Assembly: GCA_965220165.1 (NCBI GenBank)
Contig: CBDCPJ010000054.1
Location: 385,708 to 449,707 of the forward strand
DNA length: 64,000 nucleotides
Origin: Spirochaetia bacterium
GTDB lineage: Bacteria; Spirochaetota; Spirochaetia; G963692905
Direction of reading: 5' to 3'
The notes under the pieces are model-generated. The model saw only the letters and a list, made by a program, of their open reading frames with translations, was not told the DNA's origin and did no database searches. Of the stretch, positions 21,338 to 29,781 are shown piece after piece (the stretch's first letter is position 1; each line of letters opens with the position of its first letter). Position numbers and translations under genes: made by a program.

Positions 21338-22309
21338 TTGATGATTGAAGTAGCGAATGCGCGTAAACGCTACGGGACATTCGAAGCCGTACGCGATATT
21401 ACATTTGAAATTGGCAATGGAGAGGTTGTTGGGTTGCTCGGTCCAAATGGCGCGGGGAAAACAACAGTTATGAAAATGTTAACCTGCTATCATTACCCAA
21501 CCAGCGGCTCTATACGCATCAATGGCAACAATATTTTTCAACAGCAGGTCGCGATAAAACGCGATATTGGATATCTTCCCGAAAATGCCCCCGTATATAC
21601 CGATCTTACGGTCTGGGAGTATCTTCAATTTGTCGCGCAAGCGCGCGGCATACCGGCGGCGGAGCGCCCCGCGAAAATAGAACATACCATAGCGAGGTGC
21701 GGATTGGAAAGTGTTCGCCACTCTTCGATAGATGTTCTATCAAAAGGTTACAAACAGCGAGTTGGGTTGGCGCAGGCAATCATCCACAATCCTCCCATTT
21801 TAATCCTTGATGAGCCAACAAATGGACTTGATCCAAACCAAATTATAGAAATTCGCTCATTAATTCGGAATCTTGGAGAGGAGAAGACAGTCATCCTTTC
21901 CAGCCATATTCTTCAAGAAGTTGAGGCGGTGTGCGATCGTGTAATTATCCTCAACGAGGGGAAAATTGCGGCTATGGGAACCGCGGCTGAAATTGCCGCC
22001 GGTATGCGCGGCGGAGAGATGTATCGCGTAACGCTTAAAGGATCGGAGTCCACAGATTTTCAAACGCTATTCGATCAGCTGAAAACGCTGGAAAACATAG
22101 TCAATACAAAAGAGCGATCGAATACCGACACGCGTCGCGACATCTGGAGAGGCGAATTGATATTGCGTCCCGAAATTGAGGGAACGGGAGGAGAATTGAT
22201 CTTTGACTGGGCGGTCGCCCGAAATCTCAAAATACTAGAGCTAGCAAAGCCTCGCGTAAAACTTGAAGACCTATTCACTCAACTTACTCAAGGGGAAGAA
22301 AGCGAATAA
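21338..22309 (+). CDS. ABC transporter ATP-binding protein (GldA-like)
   Basis: 323 aa; Walker A GPNGAGKTT, signature LSKGYKQRV, Walker B ILILDEPT. Confidence 0.88.
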   Translation: MMIEVANARKRYGTFEAVRDITFEIGNGEVVGLLGPNGAGKTTVMKMLTCYHYPTSGSIRINGNNIFQQQVAIKRDIGYLPENAPVYTDLTVWEYLQFVAQARGIPAAERPAKIEHTIARCGLESVRHSSIDVLSKGYKQRVGLAQAIIHNPPILILDEPTNGLDPNQIIEIRSLIRNLGEEKTVILSSHILQEVEAVCDRVIILNEGKIAAMGTAAEIAAGMRGGEMYRVTLKGSESTDFQTLFDQLKTLENIVNTKERSNTDTRRDIWRGELILRPEIEGTGGELIFDWAVARNLKILELAKPRVKLEDLFTQLTQGEESE

Positions 22310-23034
22310 TGATAAAGGGAATCGCTGTACTTGCAAAACGGGAATTGGCTTCCTATTTTAATTCGCCTATCGCCTATATTGTGGTGATTTTCTTCACCTC
22401 ATTTTGTTCGATATGGTTTTTTTATGTCCAAGCATTTCTAACACAAAATGTCGCAAGCATGCGCGCATATTTTAATATCATTCCAATCGTATTCATCTTT
22501 ATTATTCCCGCTATCACTATGCGATCATGGGCGGAAGAGCGAAAATTGGGAACCGCCGAGTTGCTATTAACTTTGCCTTATCAAGAGGGTGTCGCGGTGC
22601 TGGGGAAATTCTTTGGCGCCATTGGCCTCATATTAATTATGATGGCGCTCACTATTCCGGTGCCGCTCTCTATCGCGGCGCTCGGCAACTTTGAGATAGG
22701 CGAAATTGTTGGCCAATACCTGGGAATGTTCTTTCTGGCGGTCGCGGCGACGGCAATTGGACAGTTTATATCTTCCCTGTCGCGCAATCAGATATCCGCG
22801 TTCATATTCAGCGGCGTAATTCTTCTGGTTCTTATGCTTATTGGACAGATCAATTTCGCGCTCAATCCTCCGCGCGCCATTGCCGCGTTAATTCGTTGGA
22901 TCTCTTTTAATCAACATTTTCAAAGTTTCGAAATTGGACTCGTCGATACACGCGATGTCGCCTATTATTTGATTTTGGCCATATTTTTTCTCTATCTTAA
23001 TACTAAAATATTGATTTTACGGAAATGGAGTTGA
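22309..23034 (+). CDS. ABC-2 type transporter permease (GldF-like)
   Basis: 241 aa; 6 TM. Its start overlaps the ATPase stop. Confidence 0.75.
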   Translation: MIKGIAVLAKRELASYFNSPIAYIVVIFFTSFCSIWFFYVQAFLTQNVASMRAYFNIIPIVFIFIIPAITMRSWAEERKLGTAELLLTLPYQEGVAVLGKFFGAIGLILIMMALTIPVPLSIAALGNFEIGEIVGQYLGMFFLAVAATAIGQFISSLSRNQISAFIFSGVILLVLMLIGQINFALNPPRAIAALIRWISFNQHFQSFEIGLVDTRDVAYYLILAIFFLYLNTKILILRKWS

Positions 23035-23037
23035 TCG

Positions 23038-24630
23038 ATGAGAAAAAATGAAATTATCACTCTATTGCTTGTCGCCGGTATTCTTACTATGGCGGTATTA
23101 ATCAGTTCGCTCCTATTTTATCGCTTTGACCTTACCGAAAACAAGATCTATACCGTTTCCCCCGTTTCACGATCAGTGGCTCGCGACATACCTGAGCGGC
23201 TCACTATATCGTATTATCTTTCCGATGAATTGCGCGACAGATTTGTCGAAACCCAACAAATTGCCGACCTTATCTACCAATATGCCGCCTATTCGCGCGG
23301 ACGAATATCGGTGGAGGTCGTCGATCCAAATGTGGCCGGAGTAACAACCGACATAGAGATATTGGGCATCACGCCCCGTCAGATCCAGGTGATAGAAGAA
23401 AATCAACAGAGCGTCGCGGTAGTCTATAGCGGCGTCGTTATTTCCTACCTTGATAGAACGGAGATCATTCCCTTCGTTCTTACTCCGAGCGCCATAGAAT
23501 ATGAGGTGACTACCGCTATTCGCAATGTCGTCAGTCAGCGCGAAACCAATATAGGAATTGTGATTGGAAATAGCCAGCGAACAATCGAAAGAGATTATCA
23601 GCAGATTACGAGGTCCTTGCGACAGTCCTATTCAGTAGAGGTGATAGGAATTGGAGATAATATCCCCTCTAACATTGCGACATTGGTTGTGCTGGGCGCA
23701 GATTCGCTTGACGAATATTCCCTATTTCCAATAGACCAGCATATCATGCGAGGCGGGGGGGCGCTATTCGCCGTCGACGGAACAACTGTCAGTTTAGAGG
23801 CGGGGCTTGACGTGCAACCCATAGACGAAGATGCGCCAATTATACCACTGTTAGAAAACTACGGCGCGCGTCTTCGCAGAGCCCTTGCGCTGGATTCCAA
23901 TCATCTTCGTATTCCTGTCCAACAACAGAGCGGCGGAGGATTTATAATTCAGCAATTCTATCCCTATCCATTCTGGGTTCAGGTTTTCGAAGATAGCGTC
24001 AATTCAACGCATCCCGTTACCGCGCGTTTTGCCGGCGCAGACTTTTACTGGGCGAGCCCGCTTGAGATACTCGACGAAGAGAGAGTAGAAACATTAATCT
24101 CCACCTCTCCAAACGGTTTTATTCAGATGCCTCCGTTCAACGTCGATCCGACAGTCGCCTCGACGTTGCCGATTACCGACACCTCTGAGCGGGGGTCATA
24201 TCCACTGGTCATATCTATCAATCCGCCATTTGAGAGCTTCTATGACGAAATACCTACGCGTCCCGGAGAGGAGCCGATATGGACAGAGCTCGTCGAGTCT
24301 GGAGACAGCGGACGAGTCGTGGTGGTTGGCGACAGCGATATTGTAAGCTCTTTTGTTCAATTCTCCAACAGCGTCCAAAATTTTACTTTTGCCGAAAATT
24401 TGATCAGCTGGCTGGCAAATGACGAGGATCTCATCGATATCCGCACAAGATCGACGCGAAATCAACGCCTCTCCGCGATAGAAGATGAAGATCGGCGCAG
24501 TTTCATCGCTGGATTTGCCGCATTTATTAATATCTATTTTATCCCGTTGCTTGTTATTGGATATGGCATATTTCGCATGGCTCGAAAACGCCGTCTTAAC
24601 AAACTAACGTTAGGAAGTAACGCAAAATGA
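23038..24630 (+). CDS. GldG-like ABC transporter auxiliary component
   Basis: 530 aa; N- and C-terminal TM anchors with a large extracytoplasmic domain; organisation is typical of GldG/ABC_transp_aux. Confidence 0.7.
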   Translation: MRKNEIITLLLVAGILTMAVLISSLLFYRFDLTENKIYTVSPVSRSVARDIPERLTISYYLSDELRDRFVETQQIADLIYQYAAYSRGRISVEVVDPNVAGVTTDIEILGITPRQIQVIEENQQSVAVVYSGVVISYLDRTEIIPFVLTPSAIEYEVTTAIRNVVSQRETNIGIVIGNSQRTIERDYQQITRSLRQSYSVEVIGIGDNIPSNIATLVVLGADSLDEYSLFPIDQHIMRGGGALFAVDGTTVSLEAGLDVQPIDEDAPIIPLLENYGARLRRALALDSNHLRIPVQQQSGGGFIIQQFYPYPFWVQVFEDSVNSTHPVTARFAGADFYWASPLEILDEERVETLISTSPNGFIQMPPFNVDPTVASTLPITDTSERGSYPLVISINPPFESFYDEIPTRPGEEPIWTELVESGDSGRVVVVGDSDIVSSFVQFSNSVQNFTFAENLISWLANDEDLIDIRTRSTRNQRLSAIEDEDRRSFIAGFAAFINIYFIPLLVIGYGIFRMARKRRLNKLTLGSNAK

Positions 24631-25667
24631 ACTATCGTAAGAAGATTACTATTTTATCATCGACCCTCGGTATTTTAATTATTGTTTATTTTCTATTGTT
24701 ATTGCTATCGCCGAGGTCTCCCCGCCAGATAGACGAAAAACTTATCGGCAATCTATCTGTGGAAGATGTTGTCCGTATTGAATTGGATTTGGATGGGGAC
24801 AGTCTTATTTCGCTGAGCGGGACCGAAGAGAATTGGACGATTGCCATCGGCGACGATTTTTTTCCCGCTCGTTACGATCGCATTTCGTCATTTCTCGAAA
24901 ACATCGCCGCATTGCAAATAGAGCGCCGCGTAACCGATAATGTCGATGTAGCGGAAAACTTTGACCTGGATTCAGATTCCGCTAAAAAAATCACCTTGTA
25001 TAACGCCGACAATAGCTCATTATTTTCGTTGCTCACGGGAAAATCGGCGCCGACGAACAATCGGCGATACGCCCAGTTAGACGAGGCATCCGATATACTG
25101 CTAGTCAGCGATGAAATTGGTTTCTATTTACAGCAATCGGAGAACTACTGGTCGGCGCTCGGAATCTATCCCGATTCGCTCGACGGGGAGCAGGTCGTCT
25201 CAATCTCTATCGACGCAAACAATCTTATATTGGCCGATGCGGAAAATCCGCTGTCTATTCAATACAGCATTAATAGAGAGGTGGACGCATGGACGGCGGG
25301 CGAAGAATATCTTGACGCTCTGTCGACCGACGACGCCGATAGCGATGCGACCCGGTCGCTCGATACCGAAAAAATTGACCGCGTGATCGACTCGTTGCTC
25401 AATCTTGACGGCGCTGAATTTGTCGTTACGGGTCTTACCGATTTGATAACTGAGCTCGACATGCCTGCCGCGACGATAGGATTTACGTTAGACAATGGTC
25501 AGCGCTACGGTCTTGAAATTGGCGCGCGGGATCCCGAAAATACCCAACGTTTTTTCGCGCGCCCCATCTACCCAAATGCTTCTCGGCAGTATAGCTATTA
25601 TACAAGCGTTTGGAATTTGGAGAGGATTATGCAGCCGCTTGATGGGTTGCTGTCCGATGATGAATAG
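24627..25667 (+). CDS. DUF4340 domain protein
   Basis: 346 aa; N-terminal TM. It follows a GldG-like gene, which is the usual position for DUF4340. 4-nt overlap with the upstream gene. Confidence 0.55.
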   Translation: MNYRKKITILSSTLGILIIVYFLLLLLSPRSPRQIDEKLIGNLSVEDVVRIELDLDGDSLISLSGTEENWTIAIGDDFFPARYDRISSFLENIAALQIERRVTDNVDVAENFDLDSDSAKKITLYNADNSSLFSLLTGKSAPTNNRRYAQLDEASDILLVSDEIGFYLQQSENYWSALGIYPDSLDGEQVVSISIDANNLILADAENPLSIQYSINREVDAWTAGEEYLDALSTDDADSDATRSLDTEKIDRVIDSLLNLDGAEFVVTGLTDLITELDMPAATIGFTLDNGQRYGLEIGARDPENTQRFFARPIYPNASRQYSYYTSVWNLERIMQPLDGLLSDDE

Positions 25668-25721
25668 GGCGTCTCCCGCGGTGAACGCGGCGCGCGCCTT
25701 GAGGGCCATGAAGGGATTTTC

Positions 25722-25945
25722 GGATGGTTTGGGCGTTGCGGGCTATTTGCTGGGCGTTTGGAAATGCAAGAATTGCCGCCCGCTGAGGGGGGTAGCGTAA
25801 TAGCGCGGAGCGCTATGGAGCGAGGGGGGAGACAGCGATGTTCTTACCGTTCTCCGGTAGATAATCCGCGCTCCAATGTGTTCGTATCGCGCATATGCGA
25901 GGCTTCGAGCATATGCGTTGGTCGCAATCGCCCTCCCCCCCCCCC
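25722..25945 (+). repeat. Intergenic dispersed repeat, copy A (G6/C-run-bounded structured element)
   Basis: GGTTTGGGCGTTGCGGGC ... GAGGGGGGTAGCGTAATAGCGCGGAGCGCTATGGAGCGAGGGGGGAGAC ... CCCTC11. Matches the copies at 38479-38740 (reverse orientation) and 49028-49198. Confidence 0.7.
25931..25945 (+). repeat. Homopolymeric tract CCCTC11 (poly-G on the minus strand) about 95 bp upstream of the response-regulator start
   Basis: Direct reading of the sequence. Confidence 0.9.
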
Positions 25946-26039
25946 ACAACTTTATATTCTATCAATGGTATTTCATTGACATATCGGTCTATAGTGTCTA
26001 CGTTTGTGTGTAGTATGCTAACAATAGCGGGGAGGCGCA

Positions 26040-26753
26040 ATGAATAAAACTATTTTGGTTGTCGATGACGAACAGAGCAATGTTGAATTTTTCGAGGTGA
26101 TGTTTCCGAAGATGGGATTCAATGTTTTAACGGCATCCAATGGCAAAGACGCGCTTGAGACTATCAACGATCACGATATCGATCTTGTGCTACTGGATAA
26201 TGTGATGCCGATTATGTCGGGCAAAGAGATGCTTACGCATCTCAAGCAGTCGCCGCGATACGCGCATAAGGCTCGTATTCCGGTGATTATGTTTTCTGCG
26301 CTGCAGAGTCCCCATGACAAGGCGGAGGGGTATGATTTGGGCGTTGTCGATTATATTACCAAGCCGTTTAACCTTTCGGAGGTGTTGGCGCGAATCCATG
26401 CGGCGTTGCGGACGCAAGAGATGGCCGAACAACTTATCGCTCGAGAGCATAGAACCGCTCTATTCGATTCGCTGAATAAGCTTTTCGTCTACTTTACCAA
26501 ACATCTTCGAGAATCTATTGACAAGCTTCGGGAATCTTCTAGCCAGATCGATATTACCGATAGCAAAGCGGTGCTTCGGTTGTTGGAAAATGTCAAGGCG
26601 GAAACAAACTCAATTATGGCGACTCTCGAGGGGCTGGAAGATGAGATTGCCAATTTTCAAGGCGATGGAGAGGCTATCAAAAAGAATGCGCTTACCTTGG
26701 CGGGGCTTGAGGAAAAGTATTCTCGCCACTACCGGCAGCATGCGCGGAATTAA
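26040..26753 (+). CDS. Response regulator receiver (CheY-like REC) protein with coiled-coil C-terminus and no DNA-binding domain
   Basis: 237 aa; phospho-acceptor context VLLDNVMP (Asp), N-terminal acidic pair VDDE, conserved K (ITKPF). Confidence 0.8.
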   Translation: MNKTILVVDDEQSNVEFFEVMFPKMGFNVLTASNGKDALETINDHDIDLVLLDNVMPIMSGKEMLTHLKQSPRYAHKARIPVIMFSALQSPHDKAEGYDLGVVDYITKPFNLSEVLARIHAALRTQEMAEQLIAREHRTALFDSLNKLFVYFTKHLRESIDKLRESSSQIDITDSKAVLRLLENVKAETNSIMATLEGLEDEIANFQGDGEAIKKNALTLAGLEEKYSRHYRQHARN

Positions 26754-26980
26754 TGATGTGCATCTCTCCGGAAAAGCGACAGGTCTTGGATCTTTTTACC
26801 CAGGGAAGAAAGATGTATATCGAGCGAAAATTTGGCGAGGCGCTTGTTATGTTTAGAAAGGCGCTGTTGATCGATCCACATGACGGACCTTCAAGGGTCT
26901 ATTATCGACGGTGCGCGGCATTCCAGAAAAATCCTCCGCCTCCTGAATGGAACGGGGTTTTTACGTTTAAAACGAAATGA
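26753..26980 (+). CDS. Small hypothetical protein (single TPR-like helix pair)
   Basis: 75 aa; ATGA start/stop overlaps with both neighbours suggest translational coupling; a TPR-like segment EALVMFRKALLIDPHD. Confidence 0.35.
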   Translation: MMCISPEKRQVLDLFTQGRKMYIERKFGEALVMFRKALLIDPHDGPSRVYYRRCAAFQKNPPPPEWNGVFTFKTK

Positions 26981-27606
26981 ACAAGCCTATCTTTTCTCAT
27001 CACCATGCTCCTTCTTCCGCAATTGGCGCCAGCGATTCGCTTGTCGGCGAGCTCTCTTTTGATACTTCCCTTGTCATAACCGGCAAATTTAGCGGAAAGA
27101 TCATCTCAAAGGGGCAGTTGATCATTGCGGATACCGCGGAGGTAGAGGGAGAGATCATTGTGGATACCATTGTTATCCATGGAACCGCGCGTGGTCTGCT
27201 TCGCGCAAAAAAGCGTCTTGAGGCCGCGGAAGCCGCTCGCATCTATGCGAAAATTTTTACTTCATCGTTGACGATAGCCGATGGGGCGCTATTTGAGGGT
27301 ACGTGCGATATGTTTTCTGAAGATGGGCTTCTGGATAGCGCCGCGCCATCTTCATCGAGCGGCGCGATAGAGAAGAATAGCGCAGATCGCAAGCCGCCGC
27401 CCGCCTCTTCCAAAACGAACGAATCGGCTAACGTCGCAAAACCCGGCGCGTCCAGGAAAATAACGAAGGCAAAATTCGCCCCTTCGGCTTTGGACGACAA
27501 AAGCGACAAACCAAGCGAAAGAGGCTCGGCAGACAAAGACGGGTCAACGGACAAAGGCGTTTCGACGAAGGCGTTCAAACAAAATAAATCTCCTCCCTCA
27601 ATGTAG
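26977..27606 (+). CDS. Bactofilin family cytoskeletal protein
   Basis: 209 aa; beta-helical repeat pattern (VITGKFSGKIISKGQLIIADTAEVEGEIIVDTIVIHGTARG) followed by a disordered Ser/Lys/Asp-rich tail. Confidence 0.7.
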   Translation: MNKPIFSHHHAPSSAIGASDSLVGELSFDTSLVITGKFSGKIISKGQLIIADTAEVEGEIIVDTIVIHGTARGLLRAKKRLEAAEAARIYAKIFTSSLTIADGALFEGTCDMFSEDGLLDSAAPSSSSGAIEKNSADRKPPPASSKTNESANVAKPGASRKITKAKFAPSALDDKSDKPSERGSADKDGSTDKGVSTKAFKQNKSPPSM

Positions 27607-28866
27607 ATGGGCGATACTTCCCAGCCGATAATACGCCTCATTCTTATTGGCAGCGAATTAACTGAGGGTCGTCGAAGCGATCGGCATGCGCGCTACCTTG
27701 CCGCTCAGCTTGACGCTATGGGATGCGCTGTCGTCCAGATAACGTTGTTGCCCGACCATCGCGACTCTATGCGACAAGCGATGAGCGATGCCTTTGCTCG
27801 AAGCGACGCCGTAATTATAACCGGCGGGCTTGGGCCGACGAGCGACGATATCACACGCGATGTCATCTCCGAGGTTGTAGACGCTCCGCTGGAGTATAGT
27901 AATGAAATCTGGGAGGGCATATGCTCCTATCTAGGCGACAGGAATATCAATCAGACAAATCGCCGCCAAGCGATGGCGCCGAGATCGTTTGCCTATATTC
28001 AAAATATGAATGGCACGGCTCCGGGATTGATGGGCTCGTATGGGGCATGCTCCATTTTTGCGTTGCCCGGCCCTCCGCGCGAGTTGCGACCAATGTTTGA
28101 GCGATCTGTCGTTCCGGAATTGGAGCGATTATTTTCGCTCGCGAGGCCAAATAGATTGCATATGACCATATTCTTTACTCCCGAATCCGAGCTTGAGGAG
28201 GCGCTTCGCGAGCGCTCCGATGAATCCTTGCGATGGAGCACACAGTGCGGACGGTCGCGCATCGCGCTATTTCTCTATGGCGACGAGGATGCCGCCAATC
28301 ATACCGCTGTCAGACTATTGCGACGACTTGGGCCGATTCGCGCGCAGTTTGGCGCATGCGACCCGGCTCGCCTGGCGTTTGAACAGTTAGAACGCCATCG
28401 CGCAATCGTATCGGTGGCCGAATCGTGCACCGGAGGCGGGGTTATGGCCGCGTTAACCGGAGTTGCCGGGTGCTCTCGCGTTCTATGGGGCGGAGGCGTA
28501 GTCTATCGCAACGATGCGAAAGAGCGGGTGGTCGGCGCGCGGCGCGATCGACTGGATCAATATGGGGCGGTATCGGAAGAGATCGCGCTTGATATGGCTC
28601 GCGGGGCGCTGGCGATGAGCGAACAGGCGACTCTTGCGATCGCCATCACTGGGTTGGCCGGACCCGAGGGGGCTACCGATAGCCTGCCTGTGGGGACGGT
28701 CTATATCGCCGTTGTCGATCGCGCCGGCAAAGTTTGCAACCAACGATTGCTATTTCGCGGCGATAGGAAATGCGTACAGAAGCGCGCGGTAATGGCGGCG
28801 CTATTTATGATCGCCCATTTTTGGGACGACCCCGCCCCTTCATTCGAGGCGCTCTCCGCGCGATAA
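27607..28866 (+). CDS. cinA: CinA family competence/damage-inducible protein (MocF-like N-domain plus nicotinamide-nucleotide amidase C-domain)
   Basis: 419 aa; N-terminal LIGSELTEG, C-terminal VAESCTGG motif. Confidence 0.85.
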   Translation: MGDTSQPIIRLILIGSELTEGRRSDRHARYLAAQLDAMGCAVVQITLLPDHRDSMRQAMSDAFARSDAVIITGGLGPTSDDITRDVISEVVDAPLEYSNEIWEGICSYLGDRNINQTNRRQAMAPRSFAYIQNMNGTAPGLMGSYGACSIFALPGPPRELRPMFERSVVPELERLFSLARPNRLHMTIFFTPESELEEALRERSDESLRWSTQCGRSRIALFLYGDEDAANHTAVRLLRRLGPIRAQFGACDPARLAFEQLERHRAIVSVAESCTGGGVMAALTGVAGCSRVLWGGGVVYRNDAKERVVGARRDRLDQYGAVSEEIALDMARGALAMSEQATLAIAITGLAGPEGATDSLPVGTVYIAVVDRAGKVCNQRLLFRGDRKCVQKRAVMAALFMIAHFWDDPAPSFEALSAR

Positions 28867-29781
28867 TTGTCCCCGCTCGATTATCGACTCGTGTTGCCGC
28901 GCCACTTGGCGATACTGATCCGCCCTTTCGCAGTTGCCGCGTTTCATTGCCCCGTTGGCATAGATATGACATTTTCGTATAAGCTCTTGGCGGGCAAGCT
29001 CCTGGTGGCAGGGATGCAACAGCGATTGCTCGACCAGCGGCCGAAGCGCCGCGATACGAAAATATTCGATGGGTCCATTCTGGGATAGTTGCGGCCAATC
29101 TCCCGATCGCTTGAGAGTCATTGGCTTATTCAAATATGCCACAGGGTATCGATCGGCTATTCGTATCCACAATTCATAATCTTCGGCCAGCGCGAGATCG
29201 TTTCGAAATCCTCTCATTTTTTCAAATAACGATCGCGTCATCATCACGGTAGAGGGGCCGATGACACATTTTTTAAGGCATGACGAAAACATCATTCCGC
29301 TCTTCGCATGAGTCGATTTTGGCTGGCCAATTATCGCCCCTCGGCGCCACCATCGCTCGGCCGTATGAGAAATTGGAGTGTCGGAACCTATGTGTAGCGC
29401 CACCTGCTCGCTCATTTTTTCGGGACTCCATAGATCGTCGTCGTCCAAAAACGCCAAGAGTTCGCCTTTCGCTGCGTCGACAGCCCTATTGCGAACGGCG
29501 CCCGGGCGCGCGGAGAGCGGCGAGCAGGGCGGCTCCTCGCCATCGGCTCTATGATAGCCCGCAGACAAATATCGAATGGGAAGATGGTATTGGCTTCTCG
29601 CTCGCTCTATCGCCTCTCTATTCGCTAGTCGATTGGCGCCGTTGCCGCTGTCGTCGATGACCACAATCTCGCGATTCGGCCATGTCTGGGTGGCCGCGGA
29701 ACGCAACGCCTCTTCGAAGAGAGACGGCCTGTCTGATGTTGGAATAATAGCTGAGACGACTGGAGAGTCGAGGCTCATCAT
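28840..29781 (-). CDS. Glycosyltransferase family 2
   Basis: 313 aa; N-terminal GT-A fold with VSAIIPTSDRP...VIDDSGNG motifs. Convergent 27-nt overlap with cinA. Confidence 0.8.
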   Translation of the reverse strand: MMSLDSPVVSAIIPTSDRPSLFEEALRSAATQTWPNREIVVIDDSGNGANRLANREAIERARSQYHLPIRYLSAGYHRADGEEPPCSPLSARPGAVRNRAVDAAKGELLAFLDDDDLWSPEKMSEQVALHIGSDTPISHTAERWWRRGAIIGQPKSTHAKSGMMFSSCLKKCVIGPSTVMMTRSLFEKMRGFRNDLALAEDYELWIRIADRYPVAYLNKPMTLKRSGDWPQLSQNGPIEYFRIAALRPLVEQSLLHPCHQELARQELIRKCHIYANGAMKRGNCERADQYRQVARQHESIIERGQLSRGERLE

